From assembly GCA_002269645.1 (NCBI GenBank), contig NIVC01000032.1, positions 310,001 through 374,000 of the forward strand: DNA of 64,000 nucleotides, written 5' to 3'. A program made the translations under genes and the position numbers. Of this stretch, positions 61,591 through 64,000 are shown piece by piece. The stretch comes from Macrostomum lignano (taxonomy: Eukaryota). Position 1 is the stretch's first letter, and each line of letters opens with the position of its first letter. The notes beneath the pieces are model-generated. The model saw only the letters and a program-made list of their open reading frames with translations. It did not search any database and was not told the origin of the DNA.

Positions 61591-63398
61591 TCACTTGTTG
61601 TTGATCAACGTGGCGTAATTCATTCGCACCTGCTCAACTAGTTCAGCCGATGGACCACTTGGAGACAGCGGCCACTTCAACCGGTTCTCCCACAGTTTCA
61701 GGATCTCATTTATCAACTGACGATCTTGAGTCCTCGGTGACTCGTCCAGCTCTCCCAGTACAAGCATGAGACTGAGCAGGTGGAGCAGCATCACGGACAG
61801 CGCCGAGTTTGACTGCAGACTCGACGAGTGATGACGCAACAGTAAAGCTACAGCGTTGCATTCAGCAAACTGCTGGCCAAGTACCACTCGAAGCTCGCAG
61901 CCGGCCTCAGACCCGACGTCTCCATCGTCAAAGTGCTCAGGATTGACTTCGGAATGCTGCTTCTTCTCGATTGCCGAGTCAAGACTGTTCTCAGCCGTGG
62001 ACAGGATTAAGCTGGCTAAGAATCGATGAAAAATTGTCAGATTCAACTCGCACCCGTTCAGAGCCGTTTGCACGTCTGGCGGCAGATGGTGCTGGTGCTG
62101 ATGATGATGGTGATGACTGCTGTTGCTATGGTGATGGTGATGCGGCAGGTGCAAATGGAGATGATGATTCCGATGGTGATGGTGACTCAGGGCAGTTTCG
62201 TATGATAAAGGAAGCTGCAGTATGTCCTGTCTGGGCTTCTGCGGTGGCTGCTGCGTCGATGTGGACTCTTGTCGGTCGGCACCGTTGCAAGTGCCTGGCG
62301 GCGCGAGGTGCTCAGCCAACAGTCGCAGCAGGTCGCCAGAACTGAGCAGACGAATTATCCGAGTTGGAAGCTGCTCGTCCAGTTTTGAGCCGAATTCGTC
62401 AGTTATAACCAGGGGCTTGGCAGTATCGAAGCCTTGAAAGTTGCCGTGCTTGTCGAATTGCGGGGATGGAAGCGAGAGCGCCAGTCTGTTGCCATGAGGA
62501 CTGCTCGCAGGTGTGAAGAAGGATGGCAGCTTGTTATTCACGGTTTTGTACACGGATACTGTACCTTCTCTTCTATCACGATAGTGTAAAGTTTAAAATA
62601 CATGTAACTTTAAAATAACATAAAAATCGGGGTTGTAGTCTAGTGGTTAGAGCGTCAGACTCACGACTTGAAGGTCGGGGGTTCGATTCCCGATCCCACT
62701 GGAACAATTTGTACATACTAGAGCAAGACACTTAACTCTGCACTGCTGTAGTTTACTCAGCTGTAAAATATGGATGCTGAGGTAATTGAGGATGTGTGGC
62801 GACCCCCCAGTCCTTGGACTGAACAGCCGTACGCAGCCTTCAGATGCGCCGCGCAATAGCTGCGGCTGAGCTGTCGGTTGCACATCTGGCCCAACTGGGA
62901 CAGGTGTAATAAAGTTTTAAAAACACGAACACTACTGAAGCCTAATTCATATTGAGTGCTTGATATGAAAGAAACAAGAATTGAATAAAATGCTTACCTT
63001 TGCTCATCAACAATTCGTTTCTCCAACAGTTTCGGTGAGATCTTGGCCAGCCAATCCAACACGACTTGCCAGCCTTCGGTTGGGTTGGCAAATTTCGCCA
63101 GCCGGCAAGGCAGCTGTGAGCGTCGCTTATTGATGCCGCTGTCTGGACCCTGGGCCGGCGACAGCAGCTCCTTCATCAGCTGGTAGCCTTTGCGTAGATT
63201 CCACAGCAGGCCACTGCCGTGAGCGCTGGAATCATGTCCACCATGGCACTGATGATGGTGCTCCTGATGACTGCTGCCTCCGCTGTGTCGATGGTGTCTC
63301 TTCTCAGAGGATAACTCCTGCTTAGGGATGTTTGATTCTTTCTCATCTGTGTCAGATTGCTCTGGCATCAAATTGTGATTATTTGGATTTATTGCCAT
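61591..63398 (-). CDS. Uncharacterised ~460-aa protein with His-rich tracts; exons 63398-62998 and 62572-61591
   Basis: Two GC-rich non-repetitive ORFs joined by a GTAAGC donor and a phase-compatible TAG acceptor; helical Leu-rich C-terminal half; family not recognised; further 5' exons are possible. Confidence 0.65.
62629..62915 (+). mobile_element. tRNA-derived SINE with a CORE/Meta-like central domain, in an intron
   Basis: A box TAGTCTAGTGG, B box GGTTCGATTCC; then GAGCAAGACACTTAACTCTGCACTGCTGTAGTTTACTCAGCTGTAAAAT (62721-62769), resembling the MIR CORE consensus as I recall it. Confidence 0.75.
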
Positions 63399-63604
63399 CA
63401 ATGAATTTTGTTGGGTTGAAATTAAATATTAATATTGATCTCGTGGGGATATGCCAAGCGTTAGCCGTTAAGTACATTGAAAGCATAGCACTTGACAACC
63501 ATAGACATTGCTTCTGCAGGCAAAGATTTCTATTGTCAGTTAAAGTGCACAGCAATGCTACTTAATATGCGTACTCGTGGCCTAGACATTTAAGGGGAGC
63601 ACTC

Positions 63605-63690
63605 CAACTGCCAGCCGGAAAACTGCCAGCCGACAATTGCCAGCCGACAACTGCCCGCCGACAACTGCCAGTCGACAACTGCCAGCCGAT
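63605..63690. repeat. 14-bp short tandem repeat ACTGCCAGCCGACA (~6 copies)
   Basis: Directly visible. Confidence 0.8.
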
Positions 63691-64000
63691 AATTCTGTAA
63701 TGCCTATTGTAAATATTTCTGTATTGAAAGTTTATTTACTTTATTATTTAATTTGCGATTGCTATATGACGCAATCCTAGATAAGTCTATTAAACTACTT
63801 TACTTAAATAAAGCTTTCAAAGAAAGAGCAAAGGCTACCTAAAATACGAAATTCGAATGCTTTCTCCTTCACATATATACTTCTAATGGAAATCTGAAAA
63901 AAATAGGGAAGGGAAGGGCGACGTTTAAGGCTACCCCACAAGCCTTTTGCTAGCCAAACAGTTTCGTGCTTTTTACTTAGCTAATAAGTAGGCTACAGTA

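Noticed and set aside
62629-62702. Possible tRNA gene
   Set aside because: Anticodon and acceptor stems pair poorly, there is no poly-T terminator, and it continues into a CORE-like body. Called a SINE head. The same reasoning applies to 30185-30259 (-).

Overview
Intron-rich animal genomic DNA. It is probably a lophotrochozoan and possibly a free-living flatworm such as Macrostomum; this is inferred from the lophotrochozoan-type GluCl and the extreme intronic minisatellite load. From left to right: (1) 1244-27578, the 3' 22 exons of a USP34 deubiquitinase gene. All splice phases are mutually consistent, about 2,986 aa are visible, and the 5' end lies outside the window. Every intron longer than 100 bp holds a tandem repeat. 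(2) 28987-33282, a decayed Ty3/Gypsy LTR element with three nested inserts: a tRNA-derived SINE with a target-site duplication (TSD), a LINE 3' fragment, and a ~660-bp near-spacerless palindrome. (3) 33300-41000, a local duplication of WSC-gene intron sequence invaded by two RNase H-containing LINEs. One LINE has lost its RT and carries an array of ~30-bp hairpins. (4) 41029-42039, three phase-1 WSC-domain exons. (5) 42701-43552, an internally deleted DIRS/Ngaro-like tyrosine-recombinase element next to a 3.5-kb 57-bp satellite with higher-order structure. (6) 49244-54649, a two-exon Cys-loop anion channel with lophotrochozoan GluCl signatures. (7) 57519-58938 (-), a GT32/SUR1-like glycosyltransferase with a frameshift in a G10 run. 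(8) 61591-63398 (-), an unrecognised two-exon His-rich gene with a CORE-type SINE in its intron. Most long ORFs in the supplied track are read-throughs of tandem repeats. No CRISPR array, rRNA gene or functional tRNA gene is supported. All coordinates were counted by hand and no database searches were run.
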